64,000 nucleotides of DNA from a virus: IMG/VR virus record IMGVR_UViG_3300017917_001008, positions 1 to 64,000 of that record, one strand, 5' to 3'. Each line of letters starts with the position of its first letter. The first letter of the stretch is position 1. Of this stretch, positions 55,413 through 64,000 are shown piece after piece. The translations under genes and the position numbers were made by a program. The notes below the pieces were generated by a model, which worked only from the letters and a program-made list of their open reading frames with translations, had not been told where the DNA came from and searched no databases.

Positions 55413-57353
55413 TTAAAAAAGTGATAACTGTGTAAATGAGTTGGGCTTTACCTTCTCAATACCTTCTATCTGTTTGTAGATCTCTTCCAGGTAGTACGTA
55501 TAATTAATGTCATAACTATCCGTACTATCCGCTGGGTTTATACGGTTGACTACTGTCTGCAGCCACTGGCCTGATTCCACCTGGATCTCACGTCCGTCTG
55601 GATGACACTTAACTATCTTGGCTCCGTTGTTAGATATGTAATACCTTACAATCTTCTGCAGCTTATTGATGGTTAACTCACCCTGGTTGATAAAACGTTC
55701 TTCATAGTACCAGCCTCCTTTAGATTTAACACCGGCACAATAGTCCATCATGTCTGTGTTGTCTCTTAAGAAGTCTTCCGGCATAACGCCATTAACAAAG
55801 TAGGCGTAGATGGCTTTGGGAATGATCAGGAAGCTTTTGTTCTTATGGAACGTAGCCACCTTCTTTTTGTATAGATCTTCCCACTCAAACGCACCCTTGC
55901 ACTTAACCTTGTTGTCTTTGTTGATAGCTATGTAGTTGTTTACATCCCGGATGATCATCTTCTTATACTGGTCATGTTCCAGGCTTAGCTGTGTAAGCTT
56001 TTCCCATTCTGCACACACCTGCAGATAAGTCTGTTCCGCACTTGCAGGAATCATCATCTCCAGACCATCTGTGTTTTGCATCAGCGGTATACCTTCTGGT
56101 ATAGCAAGACTTAACATCTCGTATAACATGCTTAGTAACAGCTGACCGTTTACAGTGATCTGCATGGTCATCTTTGGATCGTACAGGAAACTATTTTCAT
56201 CACCTGTTAAACCGTATGTACTGTTCAGAATAATCTTGTACACGTAGTTCTTAGGATCTGACTTAGGAATCTTCTTACGCTCCTCAAAGAACCATTCATA
56301 CAGGTCAAGGAACTCTTTCTTCGGCAGATGTTCTGGTGCAAACCCGTTCTTGATAGCCAGGTTGGGATAGAAACTAGTCACGTCTGAAGTCATAATGATC
56401 CAGCCGGGTTTAGCTTCATATACGCCTGCAGCCTTAGCTCCGTGGATACCACCCAGTCCGTAGTCAGTCTGTACACCTTTATAAGTGACAGAGTGTTTAA
56501 ACTTGTCTTTAGTGGATGTAATTACTGTCTTACGGAAAAAGTCTAACACGCCCTGGAATTCAGGCGTCTGGAACTTGACATAATCCAGGATACAGTCACC
56601 CAGAACAATATGCGTACGTGGTGTACGAAGTTGTTTCAGGGTGGATTTTTCTATACCCGTCTTCTTTTCCAGGAAATACAGAAACAGCTCCTTGGATATT
56701 CTAGGCTCAGAGGCACTATACAGGTCTATACCATACTCTTTGGTTAGCACCTGTCTTAGTTTGATCTGCTCCTTGGAATGCTCCAGGATCTGCTTGGTAG
56801 ACAGTACGTCATTGAAACAGTACTTAACTACCATGTTGAGTTGGTTACTATCTGTAACCGGCTGGTAGTGAGGATGGGGCATCTCTTCAACGTTCTCCCA
56901 GTCCATAGCATACTGAACCCACTTAAGAGAGGAACTCTTGGCTTTGTTATCCCAATGGTTCATCTTAAACAGATCTATCTGGCGGATAGACATCTTGAAC
57001 GGTGGGTATTCCAGGAACTCTCCTTTGTTCTTTTTGGAGATGACTTCCTGTGCATACTTGTAGAGGTTATCTGCTACATCTGCACCCTGCATTTTCAATA
57101 ATGCCTGTCTGTGTTTCAGTATGTGTTCTGTGATCTGGGCGTCAAACTCCAGCCCGTTATAGGAAATGTGCCACTGCTTAAGCTGCTTGCAGTCCATTAG
57201 AAACTTTACTAACTCCGGCAGGTCATTCTGCTGGTCGTTGACTACAAAAACTTTTCTAATGCTGTCATCTTTGTAATGGATAAAACACGCAACAAACGTG
57301 TTGCAGATTGTTTCATAGTCCATTACCCAATGGGTGGCTTGTTGATTGTTCAT
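55413..57353 (-). CDS. polB: family B DNA polymerase
   Basis: Exonuclease motifs DYE, YNGLEFD and YCFNDV; polymerase motifs DVTSFYP, KIILNSTYG and NTDG; DVNNY...KCKG. Confidence 0.93.
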   Translation of the reverse strand: MNNQQATHWVMDYETICNTFVACFIHYKDDSIRKVFVVNDQQNDLPELVKFLMDCKQLKQWHISYNGLEFDAQITEHILKHRQALLKMQGADVADNLYKYAQEVISKKNKGEFLEYPPFKMSIRQIDLFKMNHWDNKAKSSSLKWVQYAMDWENVEEMPHPHYQPVTDSNQLNMVVKYCFNDVLSTKQILEHSKEQIKLRQVLTKEYGIDLYSASEPRISKELFLYFLEKKTGIEKSTLKQLRTPRTHIVLGDCILDYVKFQTPEFQGVLDFFRKTVITSTKDKFKHSVTYKGVQTDYGLGGIHGAKAAGVYEAKPGWIIMTSDVTSFYPNLAIKNGFAPEHLPKKEFLDLYEWFFEERKKIPKSDPKNYVYKIILNSTYGLTGDENSFLYDPKMTMQITVNGQLLLSMLYEMLSLAIPEGIPLMQNTDGLEMMIPASAEQTYLQVCAEWEKLTQLSLEHDQYKKMIIRDVNNYIAINKDNKVKCKGAFEWEDLYKKKVATFHKNKSFLIIPKAIYAYFVNGVMPEDFLRDNTDMMDYCAGVKSKGGWYYEERFINQGELTINKLQKIVRYYISNNGAKIVKCHPDGREIQVESGQWLQTVVNRINPADSTDSYDINYTYYLEEIYKQIEGIEKVKPNSFTQLSLF

Positions 57354-57402
57354 AGTGGTAGGTTTGTTCAGTTCAGCTGTCCCCCCTTTACAGACTTAAG
57401 CC

Positions 57403-57430
57403 AAAAAAAGGCAGATGTTACTCTGCCCTC
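57403..57430 (-). terminator. intrinsic terminator
   Basis: GGCAGA-N6-TCTGCC stem followed by T7 on the - strand. Confidence 0.7.
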
Positions 57431-57451
57431 TTTGCTTTTATAGGAATTGGA

Positions 57452-57847
57452 TTATACGGGGCTGATTATGTTAGCAACAGGTTCAGCTTTCAGATAATCA
57501 TCCAGGTTAAAACTGTCTGCATTAACAGCCAGCATGTTAACCACCTGCTTGATTTCATCTGCATTCTCCAGGTAATACTCATAGTATGTCTCCAGAGTTT
57601 TGCGTTCTTCTGCATAGTCTTTACCGTTGTCACGCTTACCAACCTTCAGACGCTGTACGTCACCTAGATCGTTAAGCTTGGCCACCATATGCATGCTCTG
57701 TTTCTTTTCCTTACCGATCAGGGCAAGTACTTTAGAGTCCAGATCAAATATGGCTTCATTGTATGGACTATCAGGTGTAACTGGTATCATCTTAAAGGTC
57801 TTCTTCTGACCCCAGCTGCCAGTAATCAGCATCATTGATTTTGTCAT
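57452..57847 (-). CDS. hypothetical protein
   Basis: 131-aa ORF with its own putative promoter and terminator. Confidence 0.7.
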   Translation of the reverse strand: MTKSMMLITGSWGQKKTFKMIPVTPDSPYNEAIFDLDSKVLALIGKEKKQSMHMVAKLNDLGDVQRLKVGKRDNGKDYAEERKTLETYYEYYLENADEIKQVVNMLAVNADSFNLDDYLKAEPVANIISPV

Positions 57848-57868
57848 GGGTATTGGTAATTAGGTCTA

Positions 57869-57876
57869 CAAATTTA
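57869..57876 (-). promoter_or_regulatory. Bacteroidota -7 promoter element
   Basis: TAAATTTG(TAGA) on the - strand, 21 nt before ATG 57847. Confidence 0.5.
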
Positions 57877-58431
57877 AAGAACTTTTTTTAAGTTCTCCAA
57901 ATGTTCTACAGGAATTTTTAGAGTTTCTTTTTCCAGGTCACATGGATCACAGAGTTCACCTACCTCTTTGAGGAGCTGAACATCTACATTTAAGATTCGG
58001 GCATAGGTGTCAAAATACTTTTCCGGATAGAGGTAGGACTCCATATACTTGATTTCTGTACTACCTTCTCCGTAGTATTGCCTGATGGCTTTCTTCAGAG
58101 GGTTGGTAAACTTTGAATACTTACCCATTATGAAATTGAACCAATCTGCCTGGTATCCAGAGTAGTCAAACAGGTAGATGTTATAATCCTGTATGGTTAC
58201 TATACTGGAGAATAGTGGATTAGAAAGTAGCATCTGCTGTTCAAAGCTTTTGAAACCTTCTGAATCATCATCTTTAAATGTGCACGCCAGCTTCATATCC
58301 TCCGGACCTACCAGCCCGTCAAGGGCTATGTAGGTACCAGAAGGTGAATGATGAGAGGTGCGTTTAATACCTAACGCTGGGTAGAGGAAAGACCGGGACT
58401 TTTGAAAATACTTAGTGTAAATGCTATCCAT
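57874..58431 (-). CDS. hypothetical protein
   Basis: 185-aa ORF in the replication operon. Confidence 0.7.
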   Translation of the reverse strand: MDSIYTKYFQKSRSFLYPALGIKRTSHHSPSGTYIALDGLVGPEDMKLACTFKDDDSEGFKSFEQQMLLSNPLFSSIVTIQDYNIYLFDYSGYQADWFNFIMGKYSKFTNPLKKAIRQYYGEGSTEIKYMESYLYPEKYFDTYARILNVDVQLLKEVGELCDPCDLEKETLKIPVEHLENLKKVL

Positions 58432-58443
58432 TATGTATTGCTC

Positions 58444-59475
58444 TTATAGAGCTACAAGTCCCTTTGCAAACGTGTAAGGAAGCTCGTAACTCCGGTGTGT
58501 GTAATGCCAATCTGCTATTTCCAGGCTTTCTTTAAACTTGTCAAACCAGGTGTTCAGAGTGGCCTCTGTCACCGGGAAAGCATACGTTTGGAAAGCTTTG
58601 TCTATCACCACAAAGTGGAATTTATACGAGTATCCCTCGTTTTCTATAAGGTGTTGATAACTCTTAAGAATCATGCTGGTATACACTACGGCCTGAAGCC
58701 AGTAGTTATAGTAGTCTACGGACTCTGAGAAGTCTTTTAGATCTTTGGACGTGGTCTTAACATCGTTGATAAATATGGTCTTCTGATCATGATCTATCAC
58801 TACGTTGTCAATGAAACCCTTTAGGCCAAATGGTCTGCCGGCTATATCCATTTCCATGTACAGCTCGTGGAAAACTTCCCTGTTATCAAACTCTGTTACG
58901 TTTAAACCTAGCAGGTTAACGATCTGCTCGTTGGTCTTAATAAGCTCTACAGCATCTTTACAGAATTTGTAGGTCTCCTCATCTATAAGGGTTTTATCTC
59001 CCTTGCTTCTAAGGAAATACCAGTAGACAAATACATCCTGGGTAAGCACCTTATCCAGACGCTGCTGGTCAGTCTTCAGGTTCTGATGGTAGTTCATGTC
59101 TTTCATGACATCCAGGATGGCATCCTTGAACTCATCAATCTCTTCCCGGGTGTCACCGCTACGCTTAAGTTCTTTATAGTGGGCAAAGACACGGTCTGCC
59201 ACTGTACGCAGGTTACCGGTTGGTAAGTTATTAGGGCAGATGACAAAGTTATCATTGAACCTTTCTTCATCCAGCAACAGAGCATGGATCACCTTTCCCT
59301 GTACCAGGTGGCTGTCTACTCTTTCTTCTTTCATACCCAGAACATACATCTGGTAAAACACTGCAGGGTTCCATAGTAGTTTATTTAAGCTACTATAGCT
59401 GAAGTAGAACTTCTTGCTGTAAAAGTCTTTCTGTAAATGCTCTATACTCTCTTGCATTAATGCTTCTAATTCCAT
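58444..59475 (-). CDS. PD-(D/E)XK exonuclease (RecE/Cas4-like)
   Basis: FSYSSL...GKVIHALLL...KGFIDNV...INDVKTT...YWLQAVVY. Confidence 0.85.
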   Translation of the reverse strand: MELEALMQESIEHLQKDFYSKKFYFSYSSLNKLLWNPAVFYQMYVLGMKEERVDSHLVQGKVIHALLLDEERFNDNFVICPNNLPTGNLRTVADRVFAHYKELKRSGDTREEIDEFKDAILDVMKDMNYHQNLKTDQQRLDKVLTQDVFVYWYFLRSKGDKTLIDEETYKFCKDAVELIKTNEQIVNLLGLNVTEFDNREVFHELYMEMDIAGRPFGLKGFIDNVVIDHDQKTIFINDVKTTSKDLKDFSESVDYYNYWLQAVVYTSMILKSYQHLIENEGYSYKFHFVVIDKAFQTYAFPVTEATLNTWFDKFKESLEIADWHYTHRSYELPYTFAKGLVAL

Positions 59476-59481
59476 GGGATA

Positions 59482-59667
59482 TTATTTTTGAGGCCAGTAA
59501 CCATTTTTCCTCATGAACTTGTCAATACGTTCACGGGTTTCTCTACATAAAGTCATTGCTTCTACATATTCCAGGAACTTAACCAGCTCATCTATTTCTA
59601 TATGACGCTGTTTTAGTTCTTCATACGGGTCATTAAGCACTGGGCTTGTTGCTACTTGATTTTCCAT
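59482..59667 (-). CDS. small hypothetical protein
   Basis: Likely start MENQV at 59667. Confidence 0.5.
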   Translation of the reverse strand: MENQVATSPVLNDPYEELKQRHIEIDELVKFLEYVEAMTLCRETRERIDKFMRKNGYWPQK

Positions 59668-60052
59668 TTTTTTCTGCTTTAGTCTTTTTATCATGACAAG
59701 TCTCACATAAGACTTGCAATCCGTCCACTTCACAGAACAGACGTTCTACAAAACCGGGGAGGTCTTGGGCACAATTAAGAGAACCAGCGGGGGTGATATG
59801 ATCTACGTTAATTAGTTTCTCTGGAAACCAACCATTACATAAGGCACACTGATATTCAAACTTCTGGCGTTTGTTAGATCCTTTATAGGTACGACGTGCT
59901 TTCTGTTTACAGAGTGCTATGGGTTTCCACCAACGTGATTTTTGCCTGAGTGCACTACGGAGAAAACTCCAGTAGGCTGATTCAGTCATGGTTCCTGCAT
60001 TACGAGTCTTGGGTACTCTTGGTTTCTTAGGGGATGTGGTTTTCCTGGGCAT
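59633..60052 (-). CDS. HNH endonuclease
   Basis: CALC...VDHI...LQVLCETCHDKKT. Confidence 0.85.
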   Translation of the reverse strand: MPRKTTSPKKPRVPKTRNAGTMTESAYWSFLRSALRQKSRWWKPIALCKQKARRTYKGSNKRQKFEYQCALCNGWFPEKLINVDHITPAGSLNCAQDLPGFVERLFCEVDGLQVLCETCHDKKTKAEKNGKSSSNKPSA

Positions 60053-60053
60053 A

Positions 60054-60103
60054 TTGTAGATTAAAGATCTACAAATCTACATATTAAATGTAGAACTACT
60101 ACA
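60054..60103 (-). promoter_or_regulatory. cluster of TCTACA/TGTAGA inverted repeats overlapping a TAnnTTTG element
   Basis: TGTAGA-N7-TCTACA-AA-TCTACA-N7-TGTAGA; TAGATTTG on the - strand at 60072-60079. Confidence 0.55.
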
Positions 60104-60107
60104 AGGT

Positions 60108-61088
60108 CTATAACTTTTTGTTGATCAGGGGGACCAACCTGTTTCTCACTTCCTTGGCTCCGTAGTCTTTAATGGAGTCTGATGGGTCTTTACTCATGGG
60201 AAGGAGCAGCAATTCTACATAGGGGTAGAGCTCTTTATATTTCTCCATGGCTTTTATACCGGCCTCGTCATTATCAAACAACACCAGGATCTTTTCATAC
60301 TTGGTTTCCCACTCATCCATAAACTCACTCTTGATCACAGAGTTTTCACTGTCCGGAGCTACGTAGTCTATAGAAAGCTTCAGGCTTTTTAGAGACATAA
60401 TATCCTTTAAAGAGGACGTGATGATCAACCATCTGTGGTCTTTGAGCTGCTCAGATCCCTGGATGTGGTCTTTCACCTTGATGAATTTCTTATCCAGAGT
60501 CTTGGGCTGGTAGATCTTGTACAGAGTACCATCTTTCTTAAAATAGCCATAGAGATAGTTACTACGGATGGTCAGCTCATGTGTGGATCCGTCTGGTTCA
60601 GTGCGTACCAGAGTGTAATATTCCAGCGGCCTGACGCAGTACTCTTCCAGCAGACGTGACCCAATGTTGAACTGAGTCCAGAAATACTGGTCTGAAGTGT
60701 TCCAGGAACGGAATATGTAACGTGATACTCTATACTTACTGGCTTGTTTAAACTGTTGAACATCATAACCTCCATTATTATGCAGGACAAAGTCATTGAA
60801 CTTCTCCACTACAAGACTGCATGCTTTGTGATAGGAGAGCTGTGTAATTTCCTTTACCAGATCTATAGCAGATCCTCCTTTGCCGGTGGAAAAATCCTTG
60901 AACTTGTACGTGTCTTTTCTTACATCGTAATATACACACATAGAAGGTGTCCGTTCCTTAGGGTTGAACAGACTCTTGATCTTTACATCCTGCCCGGTGA
61001 GCTTTTCCTTGAGCTTGCAAAAATGTTCAAATATCCAGGGGACAGGTACATCTTTGATTTCATGCACCAGGTTCTTTGTACTAAACAT
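60108..61088 (-). CDS. dnaG: DnaG-like primase (TOPRIM)
   Basis: ERTPS...FKDFSTGKGG N-domain; ITSSLKD, FDNDEAG and KDPSD. Confidence 0.85.
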   Translation of the reverse strand: MFSTKNLVHEIKDVPVPWIFEHFCKLKEKLTGQDVKIKSLFNPKERTPSMCVYYDVRKDTYKFKDFSTGKGGSAIDLVKEITQLSYHKACSLVVEKFNDFVLHNNGGYDVQQFKQASKYRVSRYIFRSWNTSDQYFWTQFNIGSRLLEEYCVRPLEYYTLVRTEPDGSTHELTIRSNYLYGYFKKDGTLYKIYQPKTLDKKFIKVKDHIQGSEQLKDHRWLIITSSLKDIMSLKSLKLSIDYVAPDSENSVIKSEFMDEWETKYEKILVLFDNDEAGIKAMEKYKELYPYVELLLLPMSKDPSDSIKDYGAKEVRNRLVPLINKKL

Positions 61089-61100
61089 ATAATCCGTATT

Positions 61101-61134
61101 TAAAAAATAAAGGGGGAAGTAGACACAACCCCCG
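61101..61134 (-). terminator. possible intrinsic terminator
   Basis: G5...C5 stem followed by TTTATTTTTT on the - strand. Confidence 0.4.
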
Positions 61135-61162
61135 TATTTGATGAATATAAAGAATACCGAGA

Positions 61163-61774
61163 TTACATATCAAAGTCGTCGTTCACCGGCTCAAAGCTGC
61201 TAACAGCCTTGGTTTCCAATGCACGGTAGTGGTACTTGTTGTTTTTATCAAACTTATCCAGTTTGTTCTCGTTTACACTACAGAACCTGATCTTAGGCAG
61301 AGAAAGCTTTACAATGGTCTTGCCATTATACTCCTCTTCCTTACCGTTCAGGAACCAGTACATATCATGTCCCTTCAGGATGTCAATTGCCTGGGATACC
61401 CAGTTCTCCAAACTGTTAGCGGAAATGTTATCTACAGCGTCACGCAGTCCAAGCTCCTGTGCAATCACAATGATTTTGTACATGATCTCGTTCTTAGTGG
61501 CATTGGTTTCTGCATGCTGGTCTGTCCAGATGGTTGCTGTAACTCTTGATGACAATCCTTTGAACTTAGGTCCATCTGGATCGTTCTTGTCTATACTCCA
61601 TCCTTCAAAGTTCTCAAGCTCCGGGCCTTCTAATACCAGCTCCAGAGATTTCTTGTCTCCATTCTTGGATGTTCTAACTTGCCCGCCAAAGATGTGGGCA
61701 TACACTACGCCTGGTTGAAATGACTTCATCGGTCCATTACCAGCTTTTACTTCTTGTCCTTTTGTACTGAACAT
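61163..61774 (-). CDS. putative single-stranded DNA-binding protein
   Basis: OB-like beta pattern, acidic/aromatic tail (NDDFDM), located between the AAA ATPase and the primase. Confidence 0.5.
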   Translation of the reverse strand: MFSTKGQEVKAGNGPMKSFQPGVVYAHIFGGQVRTSKNGDKKSLELVLEGPELENFEGWSIDKNDPDGPKFKGLSSRVTATIWTDQHAETNATKNEIMYKIIVIAQELGLRDAVDNISANSLENWVSQAIDILKGHDMYWFLNGKEEEYNGKTIVKLSLPKIRFCSVNENKLDKFDKNNKYHYRALETKAVSSFEPVNDDFDM

Positions 61775-61809
61775 AGGGCTTACCTTTTAATGATTAAGTG
61801 TTTGAATGA

Positions 61810-62493
61810 TTAATTTTCATAGTCAATGATAGCTTGCCTCACAACCTGGAGATCATTGCTAATCTCAAAGTCAGGGAACATGTCTTTGGGAGACTTACAA
61901 GTGTTCTCCCCGTTGTTACGTGTTTCAAACACGTGGCGTATGTTGCCGTCTTTATCTTTCTTCACCTTACCAAATAATACAATAGAGAACAGACCTTCCA
62001 GGGTGAGCTTTTCGTCCACCATTTTACCGATGGTCTTAGCTTTAAACTTGCGTTTACCTTCCAGGTCAGTAGACTCTTCTGCATGTGTAAGGAAGAATAC
62101 CATAAGATCTTCTCTCAGGTCTTTAGGCATGCGTGCAATACGTGCCAGGTGTGCACCGATCTGGGTGAACTTCTCATACCCCTTTTCGTCTACACGGTCA
62201 AAGAACTCAAAAGAGCTCATATACTGAAAGTCATCAATGACTAAGTTCTTGATCTCTTTACGTTTCTCAGACACATACTTTACACAAGCCTCAATGTTCT
62301 GAGGGGAATTACCATAGTACATATTACCAGTGGGGTTGTCTTTACTCCAGGTAGTGTACTTCTTTTTCCAGCCTTTAAAAGGCAGGGCCTTGTTGGCTAC
62401 ATTAATGATGAATGTTTCTGCCGGATCCAGGTTTTCTATACTAGTAGACTTACCTGCACCGGATTCTGCAATTACGAGGATACCGTTTGCCAT
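61810..62493 (-). CDS. AAA_24 / Sak4-like P-loop ATPase
   Basis: AESGAGKS Walker A, LVIDDFQY Walker B, KTIGKM and CKSP. Confidence 0.85.
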   Translation of the reverse strand: MANGILVIAESGAGKSTSIENLDPAETFIINVANKALPFKGWKKKYTTWSKDNPTGNMYYGNSPQNIEACVKYVSEKRKEIKNLVIDDFQYMSSFEFFDRVDEKGYEKFTQIGAHLARIARMPKDLREDLMVFFLTHAEESTDLEGKRKFKAKTIGKMVDEKLTLEGLFSIVLFGKVKKDKDGNIRHVFETRNNGENTCKSPKDMFPDFEISNDLQVVRQAIIDYEN

Positions 62494-62498
62494 AGTTT

Positions 62499-63122
62499 TT
62501 ATGGAAGTTTAGTGAGTATTAAATCATTAAGCCAAGGCTTCAGACTTACAGGTTTACCTGTATGAATGGTGATATAGTCCCGGATGGTCATCTCTGCATA
62601 GGGAGCATCCAGGTCTATAGGAGCTTGCTGGGCTTGGGGTTTAGAAGTAAAAACAGGCTGCGGTTTAAATTCTGCTGCAGGATTCTTGGCAAAGAGCTTG
62701 TCATTGCTAAGTACTGCAGAGTCTTTAGAAATGGCCACTGCTGCTGCGTTAACCATTCTCAACTCCTCAATAGGTACAAGGAATGAACCTTTCTCGTTCA
62801 TCTCATACTCTTCTTCAAAGTTGTCGTTGCGGGCTATCCTGTAGACTTTCCGGTCATCTTCCAGTGGATCTAGATCTCTGGTGACCAGCTCAAAGAAAAA
62901 GCCTTTGTCTTTCTTAAACTCTGAGGAGAAGATACCTACCACTTTACGTCCGTGGCTGTCATAAAAAGGCATCTTCATATTAAAGTCCATGGGGGAGATG
63001 CCCAGATCTTGTATCAGTGGCATATGATATGCCCTGATCTGATCCAGCTTCATCTTCTTCCACTCTTTAGGATTAGCGTACCTGTCTATAGTCTGTTCTG
63101 GGAACATGTTTGCTTGGGACAT
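62499..63122 (-). CDS. hypothetical protein
   Basis: 207-aa ORF in the replication operon. Confidence 0.7.
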   Translation of the reverse strand: MSQANMFPEQTIDRYANPKEWKKMKLDQIRAYHMPLIQDLGISPMDFNMKMPFYDSHGRKVVGIFSSEFKKDKGFFFELVTRDLDPLEDDRKVYRIARNDNFEEEYEMNEKGSFLVPIEELRMVNAAAVAISKDSAVLSNDKLFAKNPAAEFKPQPVFTSKPQAQQAPIDLDAPYAEMTIRDYITIHTGKPVSLKPWLNDLILTKLP

Positions 63123-63134
63123 TGTACGTGATTT

Positions 63135-64000
63135 TTAAAGTTCGTCTCCTATGTCAGCAGATATAGGTCTGCGGGTGTTTCCACCACCGCCACTGTTAGC
63201 TGCTGCTGTCTGATTAAAAGGCACATAGCCGGAGCCACCCTGTGCTGTTTGTGGTGCTACAGTCTCTATCATTCTACCCCTGTTAAATTCTGCATTGAAG
63301 AACAGTACACTGTCATCATTGCCACCATTACGGGCTTTAAGAATGTGTAGAAAGATCTGGTTCTTGTTAGTGATCCATTTCTTGGGACCGTAGATGTTGA
63401 TGTTGGCGTTATAAGGACGGTTCACTGCTGCTACCATGTCTGAAGATTGCATCAGGGCGTCACCACCAAAGATGTCAGATGATGTAGGAAAGTTTGCCAC
63501 CTGCCCCGGATGGGTACGTGAAGCTTCTTCCATAGTACGGTTCATCTGTGTGATCATCAGAATAATAATAGGCAGTTCATTCTTTAGCTGCATCAGCATC
63601 TCTGCTGTGTTGTAAAGAACATCAAACTTGTCCTTTTCACCGGCACCCTTCTTGATCAACCACGAGTGATCAATAGTGACTACCATGGGCTTGGCACCCA
63701 TTGCTTCATAATAATACCTGATGGCTTTTTCTATGTCTGAAACAACCAAGGGTTTCTTGATCAGCATACGCTGAACACCTTGTTTTTCCAGAGCAATGGT
63801 TTCCTGCAGGTATTTCTGCATTTCTTTATAAGAGAAGTCATCTAGCTGCTTGTAAGAGCTGAGCACCTGGTTGTAATCCAGTGCCACCTCTGCCGCAAAC
63901 TGACGTGCTGCATACTGCTTGTCACCCATCTCAAACTGGAACTCCAGGATGGAAAAATCCTGATCCGGATTGTGTATACGTGACTCCCTCAGTATCTGGG
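63135..64000 (-). CDS. dnaB: DnaB-like replicative helicase (5' part outside window)
   Basis: Frame open to the window edge; FQFEM (H1a), VTIDH (Walker B), QMNR, SSDIFGGDALMQSSD and KARNG. Confidence 0.88.
   Translation of the reverse strand, partial: QILRESRIHNPDQDFSILEFQFEMGDKQYAARQFAAEVALDYNQVLSSYKQLDDFSYKEMQKYLQETIALEKQGVQRMLIKKPLVVSDIEKAIRYYYEAMGAKPMVVTIDHSWLIKKGAGEKDKFDVLYNTAEMLMQLKNELPIIILMITQMNRTMEEASRTHPGQVANFPTSSDIFGGDALMQSSDMVAAVNRPYNANINIYGPKKWITNKNQIFLHILKARNGGNDDSVLFFNAEFNRGRMIETVAPQTAQGGSGYVPFNQTAAANSGGGGNTRRPISADIGDEL

Noticed and set aside
59633-60052. HNH gene as a mobile homing element or intron ORF
   Set aside because: It is free-standing, does not split a gene, and no intron structure is evident.
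60076-60100. TCTAC...GTAGA stems (also 1210-1227) resembling the Cas12a repeat stem, i.e. a CRISPR array or an RNA anti-CRISPR
   Set aside because: There is no repeat-spacer periodicity, the AATTTCTAC 5' handle is missing, the loops are longer than the 4-5 nt of Cas12a repeats, and overlap with TAnnTTTG promoter elements is a simpler explanation.
1-64000. Stop-codon reassignment, as in some crAss-like phages
   Set aside because: Long genes are uninterrupted under the standard code, and TAA, TGA and TAG (e.g. 60108) all end genes at sensible boundaries.

Overview
The whole window is phage DNA, most likely a crAss-like / phi14:2-like podovirus (Crassvirales or a relative) infecting a Bacteroidota host, read with the standard genetic code. 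The + strand (1-47756) is the virion module. It holds a Cys-rich tail-fibre/adhesin cluster (the first gene carries a Hint/mini-intein domain), a metallophosphoesterase, an IHF-like protein, tail ring and muzzle genes, two modular cargo-like proteins full of aromatic/Met-x-x-GG motifs, and five probably ejected proteins. These five include a 3193-aa virion RNA polymerase (DFDID motif, zincin domain) and a 2521-aa protein with a GHKL ATPase and two HExxH motifs. The - strand (47759-64000) converges on it and carries nucleotide metabolism, repair and replication genes: ThyX, dNMP kinase, an SP-lyase-like radical SAM enzyme, phosphatases, PolB, PD-(D/E)XK and HNH nucleases, primase, an SSB-like protein, an AAA ATPase and a partial DnaB. 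The most striking signal is in the three giant proteins (1735, 3193 and 2521 aa). By manual reading they contain only four cysteines in total, placed at the C-terminus of the first, both termini of the second and the N-terminus of the third. This suggests a head-to-tail disulfide-linked ejection chain that follows gene order. All family assignments come from motif recognition, not database searches.
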